The translations under genes were made by a program, and so were the position numbers. A stretch of 64,000 nucleotides of DNA, from assembly GCF_036321535.1 (NCBI RefSeq), contig NC_087472.1:96350001-96414000 (forward strand), given 5' to 3'. The DNA is from Camelus dromedarius. Its lineage: Eukaryota. Positions 49,961-61,862 of this stretch are shown one piece after another. The notes under the pieces are model-generated. The model saw nothing but the letters and a program-made list of their open reading frames with translations, ran no database searches and was not told where the DNA came from. The number at the start of each line of letters is the position of its first letter. The stretch's first letter is position 1.

Positions 49961-51884
49961 TGGATCCTGACCCCACAGTCTGCAGAGTTTGAAAAAGGAC
50001 CTCAATAATTCCCAAAGCTCCATATGGAGGAGCAGAGGGCTATCTTAGAGGGCTGTCCAGGAGATGGGAGACATAACCTGGAGAAAGGGGTGGGACTCAG
50101 CAGGCATAGCTGCTCTTCTTTGAGGGAGGCCCTAGAGGAGGGAGGACGCCAGGTGAAAAACAGAACAGCCCCCTGTGCGGAGACCACCCCACCTCAGCAG
50201 ATCCCAGCATCACACCTGGAAAAGGACCACATCTGTAGAAGATCTCCGTCTCGCTTCTCCTCTCTCTGCCCTCCAGACGAGAGGATTCGATATTGAAATT
50301 GTAATTGGGACTGATCAGCTTTACCAACCAAGATAACCCAGAAAGTTATGAGATCTGCCCAAGGTGTTATTAAAGAACAGGAGAAGGGGCTTGGTGCTGC
50401 AATGAAAGTAGTGATTGGAAAAAGTAAAACAGTTTCAAATATACAGTCCACCATGGAATCCAGACCTGTCAACACATTAGTTACAAGTACCCAGGCACAG
50501 GCATGAACTTCAGAAGAAGACAGAAAATATCAACACCATTTAATAGCTTTATTGCCTCAGGCAAGTCCTATCTGAGTTTCAGTTTCTTCATTTGTAAGAG
50601 GATAGTAATACCTAATAGGCAAGGTTATTAAAAGATTAGCGGCAGTGTATTAAATGAATAGAAGCTACTATTTATTAATGCATGTTTATGCATGTTCTGA
50701 GATATTTGTTCCCAGTTTCCTTTGACAAAAAATTTGAAGTAGTCTACGACAAAATACTGTCAAAATAAAAAATAAGGAGCAAGGAATGCTGAAGTGCTAA
50801 CCATAAACTTGATTTCCATTTCAAATGCGGTTTTGAGTTCCTGGCAGCCAAGGTGCAAAGGGAAACCCGAGAACATGTACAACTCCAGTTATCAGAAAGG
50901 AGGAGGGATACTATTTTCTCAGGGGGAGATAAGCTTTTCTTGGCTCTAAATTTCAAAAGCAGTGTCTCAGGAGTGTTTCTGCGCTGGCTTGTAAATTACC
51001 TGAAACCTTGACTATTCTTTACCATGGGTTTCCAGACCTTTAGAACTAGTAATACAGTAATTGTGACTGGGACAAATTACTGAAGGTGAATGACCCAGAT
51101 TTCTACACTTTGGATCACAGTAGTATTCTGCAGCAATTATTATCTCACAATTCAACAAATTCTCTCAGATGAGTTTTCCCTAATACATTCATTGTAAAAT
51201 CACCTAAAGGACATTTAGACTCACCACTTCCATGCCCAAGGAAATGTTTTTATTTGTAACTCATGTAGAAGCTTTAGACAGGAAAGATCTAAGCAAAAGC
51301 ACAGATATATTTTTAGGTGAAATTGCTAAAATCAAAAGACTTCTCTTTCCAGACCCATTGAGGCCTCTGAAGGCCACAGCACTCTTCCTTCAAGGCGAAG
51401 GTCACCTTTCAGGAGCATTAGCCCAAGAAATAAACAGCCTTTGCAAAATGGTGCTACAGGTGAGCTTTCCCACCCCAACTCCAGAGGCACCTCGACTAAT
51501 CCGCACATGTGACCATGAGTTTCCAGAGAAGATGCTACAAGAAGCTCCTGTCCTCCCTCGCCTTTACTTTAATCCCCACATAGGTTTTGCTTTTACCATA
51601 TGGTAATTATTTCCAAATCACAAGTGCAAACACTCACTCTGATTGGAAAATTAGCAGATTTCAAACTCAGGTAATTTGTCCCTAATGAGGAACTTGTTGA
51701 ACTGAATTTAACAATTAACTCACGCACCCTTTGCTGCCTGCGGCTATGAGAGTGAAGCCGGGAAGAAGGAAGGGCAAGCCAAGGGCTGGTGCCCGGCAGG
51801 ACTTCAGGCACAAGTTGAAGGTTGGGATGGAGTAAGGTGTGGCTGCAGGAGCACCAGGAACTTGACTGTTCAAATGGATACGTA

Positions 51885-51966
51885 CAAACTGAATCTCCTT
51901 GCTGTACCCCTGAAACTGACACTGTAAATCAACTACACTTCAATAAAAAATAAAAATTAAAAAACA
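51885..51966 (+). mobile_element. Short L1 3' end with TSD
   Basis: AACTGAATCTCCTTGCTGTACCCCTGAAACTGACACTG...A-rich tail; AAATGGATAC at 51872-51881 and 51967-51976. Confidence 0.75.
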
Positions 51967-51977
51967 AAATGGATACA

Positions 51978-52423
51978 CAGCGGCAGACCTCAGAGATACT
52001 GCAGGTTCACTTCTAGACCACCACAACAAAGCGAATATTGCAATAAAGCAAGTCACACGTATTTTCTGGTTTCCTGGTGCATATAAAAGTTATGTTCAAA
52101 CTCGACTATAGTCTATTAAGTGTGCAATAGCATTATGTCTAAAAAGATGTACATACCTTAATTGAAAATATTTTATTGCTAAAAAATGCTATCATCTGAG
52201 CCTTCAGCAAGTTGTAGCAGTAAACATCCAAGACCGCTGATCACAGATCATCATAACACATAACAGTGAGAAAGTTTGAAATATTGGAAGAATTACCAAA
52301 ATGGGACACAGAGACACCAAGTTAGCAAACGCTTTTGCAAAAATGGCACTGATAGACTTGCTTGATGCAGGGTTGCCACAAACCTTCAATTAGTAAAAAC
52401 GCAATAAAAGTGAGTTACACCTG
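51978..52423 (-). mobile_element. Internally deleted Tigger1 derivative
   Basis: Both recalled Tigger1 ends are joined: AGACCTCAGAGATACTGCAGGTTC...AAAGCGAATATTGCAATAAAGC and GCAGGGTTGCCACAAACCTTCAAT...CCTG-TA. Confidence 0.8.
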
Positions 52424-54439
52424 TATAGCCAATTTCAAATACATGCCGAAGTAGAGAGAAGAACGACTCCCCACGTACCCATCACCCCGCTCCCATGATT
52501 ATCAACTCATGGTTGCTCTGGTGTCATCAGTGCCAAGGAGCTCGACACCTTGAAACTGGACAGGGAGGAGGACAGACAGGAAGAGAGAAAGAGCCAGTGG
52601 TGCATCTCCTCTCTCGCATTCCCTCAGATTCCAAGTTCCTCCAGGTACAGGTGGGATCCGGGAGCTTTCATTAACTGCTGGGACAGTTAGTGTCCCCATC
52701 ATCAGCATTTTGAATATGGCAGGGCAGAACCAGGCAAAAGGCTGACCCTCGTTTTCCAGTCTCTCCCACCCTCCTTGCACCCTGGCTGGGGCCACTTGAT
52801 CTCTACCTGCAAGTCCAGGCCCAGGTGACTACAGGCAGCGAGGATTCCTGGGAGCTCCGGCGTAGCACAAGGAAACAGCATTATCTCTCCCGCTCCAACT
52901 GTGTGCTCAGATGATTGGCCCCTGTCTTATCTCAAGAACTGGTACCCAGATCATGCCTGAGGCTCTGTCTCTGTGATCCACTCTGCTCTTCCATCCCTCT
53001 AGAACTACCCTGTCCAACACCATTGCCATGTGCAGCTACTGACCACTTGAAACATGGCTAGTGAGACTGAGGAACAAACTTACTTAGTTTTAGCTAATTT
53101 AAATTTAAAAACTGGTACTTGATTCAATTATTGGAAAACAATGTTTGGAAGGTGAATCTACATTGTCAATGGTAGATTTTATTTTTAAAAAATCTAAATA
53201 GAGATCAAGTATTTCTGATGAAAATTAAGCATCCGAATTTAGACCAGCTATCTGTGTCTGGATTTTGAAGATACAGTAAGAATCAAAGAATGTAAAATCT
53301 CATGAAAATTTGAAAAATATTGATTACACGTGGAAATGATCATCTTTTGGCTAAACTGGGTTAAGTAGGCTATTAAGGGGAATTTCTTCTGTTTCCTTTT
53401 AGTTACTAAAGTGTGGCTACTAGAAAAGTTAAAATTACATATCGGACTAACATTCCACTTCTCTTGGAGAGCACTGACCTAGAACCAGAGTCCTCCCTTC
53501 CTTGAAACTATCCTGAAGGAATATAATCTTGTTCCCAAAACCCCACCTTGTGACAAGCGCCCCAACTCTGCCAAACATGTCCCACTGTACTAGATCCACC
53601 AGGTTTTTCCTGGATAATCATCACCTGAATCACTTTCTCTGATCTCTGTCAGAAAATTCTGAGGCCACCTACTTTCACACAACCACTGCACCATGAAGGG
53701 CCAGCCATTAAATCATGAAGACGCAGACGACATGAAACTAATTTTAGATGAAGTGATGAATCTGAGGTAGGGAGAGGCTCTAGGTTTTCATAATACTAAA
53801 ATGAATAAAAAGTTTACTCACAAAACATAGCCAGTTAATACCCTGAAAAGGGTTTCTGTATCAAGTGCCAACCTTGCTGACGACTATTAGAGGGAAATAA
53901 ACAAAGACCACCAAACGGTAATCTGAAACACAGCTGAATTTACTCGCAGGCCTGGGAAGGGAACACGTTACTCAAGCACAGTTCAGCTGGGGTCTTCGAG
54001 CACTACTTGTAAGAACCACAGAGAGGACGGGGGGGAGGAGGTACATCCTATCGAGTGAGATTCTGAGTTCAGCTTGGCTCCTGACATGGGGCATAAACTC
54101 TTCTTTGCAGCTGGTCATTGCACTGGTTCACTTCGTAAAAGTGCAGGCACCATTCCCGAACATGTCCAGGGTGGGCTACATAAAGCTTTAATGGGATCAG
54201 TGTCACCCCGATGGCATATCTGACGTGTTGACTTCAAGTTGCCTGAATCTTTCCTTAACAGGATCGGCAGCACCTTAGTACAGCTGCGTTAACCAAGTAA
54301 GAAGCACCGGTTACCCGTCTCTTCTCTCCTCTCTGTTGGAACTGCCAGACCAAATTTCCTTCTTCTCTCAGGACAAAAGGCAGGAAACATACATGTATAC
54401 TTAGAAAAAATAATTTTAGATAGACAGGTTGTCCTTCAA

Positions 54440-54968
54440 ACTTACAACAGACCAAAATGTAAGAGGCACTCAAACAGACACTGGTACACAAATGTTCACA
54501 GCCACATTATTCACAATAGCCAACAGGTGGGAGCAACTCAAATACACATCGGCGGACAACAGATAAAAAGATGTGGTGTACACAAACAAGGGACTGCCGT
54601 TCTGCCGTAAAAAGGAATGAAGTACTGATACGCGTTACAAGGTGGATGAACCTCGAGAACATTATGCCAAGAGGAAAGGGCCAGACAGAAGAGGTCGCAT
54701 AGTCTTTGATTCCATTTAGAGGAAAAATCTAGAATGAGGAAGTCCCCAGAGACAGAATGCAAATTGTGGTTTCCAGGGCTGGGGGAGAGGAAGATGGAAC
54801 TGGGTGCTGAATGGGTGCAGAGGTGGCTCTTGAAATGAGGAAAAGGAGTTGGAAATAGACAGAGGCGGTGGTTGTACAACATTGTAAATGCAGGAAATGC
54901 CACTGAACTGTACACTTTAAAATGGTTGTTTCTTATGTGAATTATATCACAGTAAAAAAAAAAAAAAG
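54440..54968 (+). mobile_element. L1M 3' fragment
   Basis: CAAATGTTCACAGCCACATTATTCACAATAGCC...CACTGAACTGTACACTTTAAAATGG plus poly(A). Confidence 0.8.
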
Positions 54969-55584
54969 GGAAAAAAGGAAAACAGAAAAGTTCAAGGATC
55001 TTTTGAGTCCCAGGGAAACGAGAAAGAAGAAAAGAAGAAATGAGCGAACAGGGAGAACAGTTGTGATGACCAACCAGGGAGGGAAGGGGGGTCCACTTTA
55101 GAATCTAACAAGGCTGAGGACATCTGACAAGTGAACAAATACACTCATTTCCAGATGTTTAGCTGCAAATAACCCAGAGTTCTACAAACTGTAAAGGATT
55201 TTATAAACAGAGAAAACAGCTTGTCCCACAAGCACCTTCTCAAGGCCAGTGACTGCAGCCTGGAGGAGACCTGGGCTCTGTGGGTCACCGAGCGCAGATG
55301 GAGCCTCTTAAAGGGCTGGGGACCACCACACAAGCAGGCGCCTCTAACCCATCCCGCCTATTTGGAGATTTCCCATGGCCTCAATATAAGTGACAAGCAT
55401 CATTTTGGGGGCGTTTTAGCTTTTCCCCCCCAAAACAAATGTGTAAAAATCGCATATCATACACTGCAAAAAAAACTTTTAAGTGAAATAAACAAATACC
55501 GAAGTGCGTTCTTCTGAAAGATGTTTCTAATACCTCATAGGTCACTTCAGTATATATTGTGTATGGTGAAACCATTTATAAAGA

Positions 55585-55930
55585 GCTGTGACCTTCCTGT
55601 GGCTACAACCCAGTGGACCTCGGCGACAGGACGCTAAGTGAGATGAGCCCGTCACACAAGACAAATCCTGTAGGACCTCAGTTCTATGAAGTATCTAAAG
55701 CACTCAGTCTCAGAGACACAGAAGACAGAGGGGTGGTGGCCAGGGACTGGGGGACAGGGAGCAGGGGAGCTGGTGCCACTTGGGGAGAGAGTTTCACTTT
55801 TGCAAGAAGAAAACAACCCCAGAGATCTGTTGTACAACAGTGTGAATCCACTTAACACTACTGAGCTGCACTTAAAAACCGGGAAGACGGTAAATTTGAC
55901 GTCTTTGTAACCTCTCTAAACATAAAAAAC
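55585..55930 (+). mobile_element. L1M 3' fragment abutting the retrogene 3' end
   Basis: CTAAGTGAGATGAGCCCGTCACAC...CACTACTGAGCTGCACTTAAAA. Confidence 0.7.
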
Positions 55931-55962
55931 ACTCATTTTGTTAAAGTGATACTGATTTTGAC

Positions 55963-55968
55963 TTTATT
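55963..55968 (-). terminator. Polyadenylation signal (AATAAA) of the SUPT20H-like retrogene
   Basis: TTTATT on + is AATAAA on -, about 335 nt after the stop codon and followed by a GU/U-rich tract (TGAGTGTTTTTTATGTTT). The intervening sequence resembles the recalled SUPT20H 3'UTR. Confidence 0.7.
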
Positions 55969-56301
55969 GCTACTGCAGTTTCATTGCTTTAGAGAAACGC
56001 CAGGCTTCAGGAGTTTCAACTGACCCTAGTTTGGATCTGGTTACACGTGAGAACATAACAATAAAAATAACCTCTGTCAACAACCACCACCAAAAAATGA
56101 CTTGGGTGAAACAATCCCAGTGTATTACGCCATTTCCCGGTTTCTAAGTAAAACTCATGGGGTGGCGTTTCTGGATAAAGTCTGTACATCTAACAAGGTG
56201 AAATACCGACGCATTAAAAAAAAAAACCACCAAATGAGGCTGAAATAATTAATTTGGTCGATGCTCCTGTGCTGTGAAAAAGGGAGAAGGTAAGGTAGGA
56301 C

Positions 56302-58626
56302 TCAGGACTTGGGAGAGCCTGGCGGGCCTCTATTCACTGCACCTTGTGACTGGCCGGCCGTCTGCTGGCCGGGCGAGGGCTGAGCTGCCGGGGCTGCCGG
56401 GGCCGTTGGCGTGGCTGCCGTGGCCGTGACCGTGGCCGCAGCCACCTGGCACTGCACGACCCTCCAGTGCAGCTGCAGAGCAGCGGCGCGCCGGGCCCTC
56501 TGCTGAGGGCGGTTGGGCCTAGGGGGGCTCTGGCCGGAGCCCGGCTGAGACAACACAAGTGCCTGGGGCTGCAGGAAACCCTGCGGTCTGCTGCGCTCCA
56601 AGACCACGGCTCGCGGCGCAGGGAGGGCTGTATTTGGACCCACCGAACTCTGTGCCCTCGGACCCTGTGACGCTGGCAGCGGGGGACCCGCGGCGGAGGG
56701 ATGCTGCCCTGGCCGCTCTGGGATCAGCTGGTAGAGCCGCTGGGGCGGCGGCTGCTGGGCCCCGCGCTGGCTGTTCCAGAGCACGGAACCGCGGGGGAGC
56801 TGCACCAGGGCCAAGGGCCTGAGGCCGCGAGCACCTTGCAAAAGCAGTTGAACCTGCCTTGGAGGAGGAGCAGCCCGCGGTGCACTGGGTGACCCAGCTC
56901 GGGGAGGAAGGTGGCCCGGCGGGATCCCTGCGGGCTCTGTGGCCCCGGTGGCGGAGCTGCTCCCCGAGGCCTGGCCTCCGCGACCAGGGCCCGCCACTCT
57001 GGTGACGCTCAGGCCGGCGCAGGGGGCCGCCATCCCGGCTGCTGCGGCGGCGGCGGGGATCCTCTGTGATGGGGTGGCGGCAGGAAGCGAAATAACTCCA
57101 TTCAGCTCCACAGAGGATTTACTCGGTGGCTCAGGAGCAGGGGCTGGAGACAGAGACGCAGGAGAGCTACCCGCCTGCAGCGAAGTAAAACGGTCACCCC
57201 AGGAGCTCTTTCCTGGGTGCCAGGGAACTCTCGTGGGGGGAGGTGGAGGTTTGGCTCCCCTGCCCAGCACTGAAGACTGAACCCACCCAGTCTTAGGCTG
57301 TTCTGCTTCTTTCCTTGGAGAAGGTTGCCTGAGACCGGCTGAGCCACCAGAGCCAGGTGACATCTGGCCTGGACACTGGGCGCTCTCCTGGACCAGTTCC
57401 TCCAACCCAATGAACACCCTCCTGGCATCAGTCTTTAGACCCGACACGAAACTCTTGGAATGGCCATCTTCAGGGGAGTGGGGGGGGAACAGGCCTCTCT
57501 CCCATGGGGCTTCTTTACCAGACCTTTTTCCCAAGGAAAGGGAATTATCAATTGGCTGCCTGACGGTCAGCTTTGTGGCCTGGGACTGAGGGGCAGCCTC
57601 ATATCCAAATACAGAACCATCTTGTACCTCATGGGCTGGCCGGACCGCTGGCTGTGAGTCATCATGTGTGACAGGCTTCTTACTTTTAGCGTATTTCTCC
57701 ACGTCCACTTCAGAAGGTACTGCCAAGTCACAGGGTCTCTGTTTCCATGTATCTACACAATTTCCTGCTTTAAAATTTTTGAGGCCATAATGCTCACCTG
57801 TTTTACTTTCCCTTATTTTTTTGCAAGAAGCCAGTACTCTTAGCTCTGGAGGAGGTGAACAATGATATAGCTCCAGCTGCCGATTCAGAGACGCAGAAGA
57901 AAACCTCTTGAAGCTCCTTTTCATGGGGAGAGTGTTCAGCTTTTGCTTGTTATAGAGCATTCTGTTGGCAGTGCAGGCTACTGATATGGAAGGGTCTAGA
58001 CACAGTGGTTCAGCTGTGGCTAAGATCAGCTGGCTCTCAAGCAAAAGTTTGTCCTCTTGGGTCCATTTCTGGTTATCGCTGGCTATGGCCTCTACATCAC
58101 AGGCTAAAGTCTGCATCGTGGGACGTAAGAGAATATGCCTGCTTTGGTAACCGGGAGGTTCCCTGTTACTGGACTGCCTGTAGTCCCGGATTTCAGCTAT
58201 GACACACCCATCGTGAAAAACGTTAACCTGAGACTTTTCCAGGAGATCCACCAAAACAGGGGGTAATTCTTCTGCGTCCAAGTATTCGAGTAATTCCCCT
58301 TCCTCATAAGGCAGCCGAATGCTCTCCGAAAATGATCCATTTTTTCCCTTGAGCATCAGGGAATAGCCCTCCTTTCCTGGGTACAGGTTGACCACCAAAC
58401 ACGGCAACGACTCTCTCCGAACAAGCTTCTCTAACAAGTTCACGTTGCTTCGCAATTCCTCCGGAATGGCAGGCTCTTTTTCACATTCTTCAACGTAAAT
58501 GTCATAAAGTTTTTCCGAGAGAGATGTTTGCCCACTAGATGAGTGTTTCCTTTTCGGGGGTCTCTGTTGGGCACTTTCAATGATGTACTCCGCACGATCC
58601 AAAGCTCTTTCTACAGCTTGCTGCAT
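56302..58626 (-). CDS. SUPT20HL: Intronless SUPT20H (SAGA subunit SPT20 homolog, FAM48A/p38IP)-like retrogene, 774 aa
   Basis: Part of the 869-aa ORF. From the ATG at 58626 (context ACCACA-ATG-C, A at -3) it reads [27 protein letters not shown]...[16 protein letters not shown]...[27 protein letters not shown]...[12 protein letters not shown]...LLRPTMQTL...[14 protein letters not shown]. This matches the recalled SUPT20H N-terminus and Spt20 domain. One uninterrupted frame to TGA at 56302, whereas SUPT20H is multi-exon. Orthology to human SUPT20HL1 or HL2 is not established. Confidence 0.93.
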   Translation of the reverse strand: MQQAVERALDRAEYIIESAQQRPPKRKHSSSGQTSLSEKLYDIYVEECEKEPAIPEELRSNVNLLEKLVRRESLPCLVVNLYPGKEGYSLMLKGKNGSFSESIRLPYEEGELLEYLDAEELPPVLVDLLEKSQVNVFHDGCVIAEIRDYRQSSNREPPGYQSRHILLRPTMQTLACDVEAIASDNQKWTQEDKLLLESQLILATAEPLCLDPSISVACTANRMLYNKQKLNTLPMKRSFKRFSSASLNRQLELYHCSPPPELRVLASCKKIRESKTGEHYGLKNFKAGNCVDTWKQRPCDLAVPSEVDVEKYAKSKKPVTHDDSQPAVRPAHEVQDGSVFGYEAAPQSQATKLTVRQPIDNSLSLGKRSGKEAPWERGLFPPHSPEDGHSKSFVSGLKTDARRVFIGLEELVQESAQCPGQMSPGSGGSAGLRQPSPRKEAEQPKTGWVQSSVLGRGAKPPPPPTRVPWHPGKSSWGDRFTSLQAGSSPASLSPAPAPEPPSKSSVELNGVISLPAATPSQRIPAAAAAAGMAAPCAGLSVTRVAGPGRGGQASGSSSATGATEPAGIPPGHLPPRAGSPSAPRAAPPPRQVQLLLQGARGLRPLALVQLPRGSVLWNSQRGAQQPPPQRLYQLIPERPGQHPSAAGPPLPASQGPRAQSSVGPNTALPAPRAVVLERSRPQGFLQPQALVLSQPGSGQSPPRPNRPQQRARRAAALQLHWRVVQCQVAAATVTATAATPTAPAAPAAQPSPGQQTAGQSQGAVNRGPPGSPKS

Positions 58627-58779
58627 TGTGGTACAAAAGAGGGGCCCTAAAAGAAGAGACAACGTAAGTGCATCGATGACCGGGCTGAAAACCTGTCGGC
58701 AATACGGATGTACAGTCTTGCAAACGCGGCCACTCTGCAGTGGAGCGCCCAGCCTCACCTCAAAATGGACAGCAAGAAA

Positions 58780-59200
58780 CCTGCTCCCAAAGTAGCAGCG
58801 CGCAAAATACTTGCGATCTGGAGAAAGACCGAAATGTGTGGAAGCAGCCACCGCAGTGGATCTCGCCTCGTGGCGCTGCAGAACGGCCGGAAGTGGATGT
58901 GGAACGCTCACCCTTCCCCCTCCTCCCGCACGCCCCGCAACCCTGCCTCCCCGCCCTGGCGCATCCGTGTGTGCGCATGCGTGGTTCGCAAGCTAAGACT
59001 TCCGGTTTTCCTTCCCCGGTGCGAGGCCCGTGGCCGGCGCTTCCAGTCCTAGTCTCCGCATTTCCGCTGAGGGCTGCTGGCTGGACATTCTTTTCATATG
59101 ACCTTGAAAGCATGCACCCCAACGCACAAGCAGCCAGCGAGAAAATACGTGAGTTTTTGCTGAGGCTTTAATACGCACCGGTTTTCTCGGAAATTCTGTT
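58780..59200. promoter_or_regulatory. CpG-rich promoter with ETS/GABP, NRF1 and Sp1 motifs
   Basis: CCGGAAGT 58887-58894, CCCCGCCC 58949-58956, TGCGCATGCG 58972-58981 and ACTTCCGG 58998-59005, in CpG-dense sequence 260-380 nt upstream of the retrogene ATG. Confidence 0.75.
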
Positions 59201-60083
59201 GCCGACAAGGTCCTGGAAGGTGGTCATTTCTTCTCTGCGCGATCACTTCACCAAGAATTATTCCTTTGGGGGGGCTCTCTTGTTTGTTCTCAATGGCAGG
59301 ACTACTCGTGGTGTCCGTCACCAGTTTAACACACCTAGAGAGTCCCCATTTGTAGCCCTTGCCTACATGCAGGCTCGCTGTATTTGGTGCAAGCATCAGA
59401 ATTCTTCACTGAATCGCCCAGTGATCGGCCTAGCGGTTTTCATAGGGATGTGCAGGTAAGACGACCTTCTTTTACCGAAGTACTTACCTTTTAATTCCCT
59501 ATGTATCACAGAAGGGGCTTTACCGTCTTTTTTAAAGTATGTGGTAGGTAAGTTGTATTGTCTACGATTTACAGTTCAGGATTAAACTGTTTGTTTTAAA
59601 AGGTGGTTGGCCTCCGATACGGTTGAGAACTATTGTTCCAGGTGATGGCAGTACAGTTTAACTGGAGGCCATAGCTACAGGCCTAACGGTGGGTGGAGGG
59701 ATAGGATGGAGTCCTAGATAGTTTATGGGCCATTGTTCTCCAGTAATATTGTTGCCTTGAGATCGGCCAGCCTCTTTGGGCAGGTTTTTAAAAAGAATCT
59801 CTTGATGTTTAGATGCAGACATAATGATAATAGAATATTCACAGTGAAGAACCACAAATGAGAGGACCCCAAGACAAATTCGTGAAACTCCTGAATCGTA
59901 GACTACTATACAATAAATGTGTTTTCTCACCAATAGCAATTGTGATAATTACATATTACAGTAGATACAGTCTATTGAAATAGCATCAGAAACTCCTTGA
60001 CTAAGAGTTCCTGAAACATGACCCTTGCTCAGCAATAGACAGACAAGAATCATTTTCTCCTGGCATATCAGTTGCCTTTGTAT

Positions 60084-60290
60084 ACAGTCATCCCTCAGTA
60101 TCGATGGGGAACTGATTCCTGGGCCCCTCCGCCCCCTCCAGTGGATACTAAAATCCAAGGATGCTCAAGTCCCTTACAGTAGGCCCTCGGTACCCTCATG
60201 CCCCTGTTCTCCATCCGCAGATTCCGTAATATTCGATCTGGGGAGGGTAGAAACCGCGCATGTGGAACCCGTGGATAAGGAAGGCCAGTG
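60084..60290. mobile_element. MER2-like Tigger MITE
   Basis: TA-CAGTCATCCCTCAGTATC...CCAAGGATGCTCAAGTCCCTTA...GGAACCCGTGGATA. Confidence 0.7.
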
Positions 60291-60857
60291 GACCTGTGGA
60301 TGCCTCAAGGGGGCCTGAAATCAGTTTAGTGTCTTAACTCTTTTAAGCATCCTCTGTCTATCTTTTTTCCCCTCCACATACCCAGATTTAGGCTAAATGT
60401 AAAACTGGATAGTTAAACCATATTTTGCTGTCCAGTAATCCAAATAGCCAATGTTAATAAAGCCCAAATTAATGAGGTGAACATGAGCTCTGTCCCTCAC
60501 TCAAAGCACTGCCTTATTCTTCCAACCTGCATAGATGAACTTAACTGCCTGCCAGACTTGCAGGCTTCTCACCAACCGTGATCCCCTTCTCCTTCTGTCC
60601 TCAGGAATTTGCTGTGTGTTGGGTCTGGAAAAGGATGTCTATACCGGGATTCCATGTAGGTGGGGAAGCCAATTAAAAAGGGAAAGCTCTGCTTTCTTGT
60701 GGATCTGAACTAGACTCTGTTGGAGGAGAAGAGGCCCGCTGGACCCGTGTTTGAGTCAGGTTATCCTCCTCAAAAGTAAGGAAGTCCAAGACTTCTGCTG
60801 GCTGCTCCTGGCCTGCAGACTAGACCCCCTAGCTTCTCAGCATGATGACGGAGGTGG

Positions 60858-60986
60858 GCTGGGACAAGGGTGAGGCACCCGGGGCCTAGGGCACAAGGCT
60901 GAAGGAGACACTCCCTCTCGGGATGGGCAGGTCCCATCAGGGTCAGGCCCTGGGTGCCTCGTTTGCCTCACCTTGTCCCAGCTCTG
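60858..60986. mobile_element. MER91-like hAT MITE
   Basis: Inverted ends GCTGGGACAAGGGTGAGGCA ... TGCCTCACCTTGTCCCAGC. Confidence 0.65.
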
Positions 60987-61509
60987 CAGACGGGCCCCTC
61001 AGCACCTGGTGCTGCCTCCTTCCTACCTCATCTCTCTCCTGTCTTTCCCACGCTTTCTGTGCTCTGAGCATAGTCACCACGCCACAGACAGGCCCACCCT
61101 CCAGGCTCTGTGCCCTCTCTGCTTCGTCACGTGCCAGTCTCCACCTGTCACCTCAGAAGTCCCTTCCTGACTTCCAGCAAGCTCACTGCTTCTCTCTGCT
61201 ATTCTGCCAGAGCACACATGCCATATGCCTCATCAGGGCCAGGCTTCACCCTGGAGAGGGATCGAGTGTTGGCGCCATTCTCCACACCCAGCCGCTGGAT
61301 TCCCTGAAGGCAGACACGCTGTCTTGTCCGTCTTTGTCTGGTCACCAACTTGGTCATTACTTGGCAGCAGGCTGGTACAAGAATGAAGGAAAGATTGACC
61401 CCATGTTCTAGTTACTTCAGCTCCAGGCTCGTGTGAAGTAACTATTTTATCCCCTTTTTAGAGATGAGAAAAGGACCCAGAGCCAGGTCTGCTGACCGTG
61501 GCGCTGTAT

Positions 61510-61725
61510 ATACTGTCCCGGGGTGTCTGAGCCTTGGCGCTGGTGACATGTGTTGTGTGGGCGGCGGGGGACTTTCCTGTGCACTGTAGGATTTTAGCAG
61601 CGCCCTGGCCTTACCCACTAGCTGCCAAGGCACTCATCCCAGTTGTGATAACCAAGCATGGCTCCAGATACTGCCCAGTATGCCTCAGGGGGCAACATCG
61701 GCCCCCTGGTTAGGAGCCACTCAGC
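61510..61725. mobile_element. MER20-like hAT MITE
   Basis: CCTGTGCACTGTAGGATTTTAGCAGCGCCCTGGCC...CCAGTTGTGATAACCAA...GGTTAGGAGCCACT. Confidence 0.7.
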
Positions 61726-61862
61726 TACGCTGCTCTGTAAGCCACGAGTGACATCCAGCTGCAGCCCCTAAGCTGACGTCCCCGGGTCCCCCTCACTCAG
61801 GAGAAAGGTGTATCTGCCCACTGTGTCGCGGGAGGGACTCGTAGTTCACTTGTTGTGTTGAC

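Noticed and set aside
56334..57428. Multiple overlapping and antisense ORFs over the retrogene 3' half
   Set aside because: Expected from stop-codon depletion in very GC-rich sequence.
58627..58911. The 95-aa N-terminal extension in the 869-aa ORF call
   Set aside because: It starts at GTG in GC-rich promoter or 5'UTR sequence; SUPT20H homology begins exactly at the ATG at 58626.
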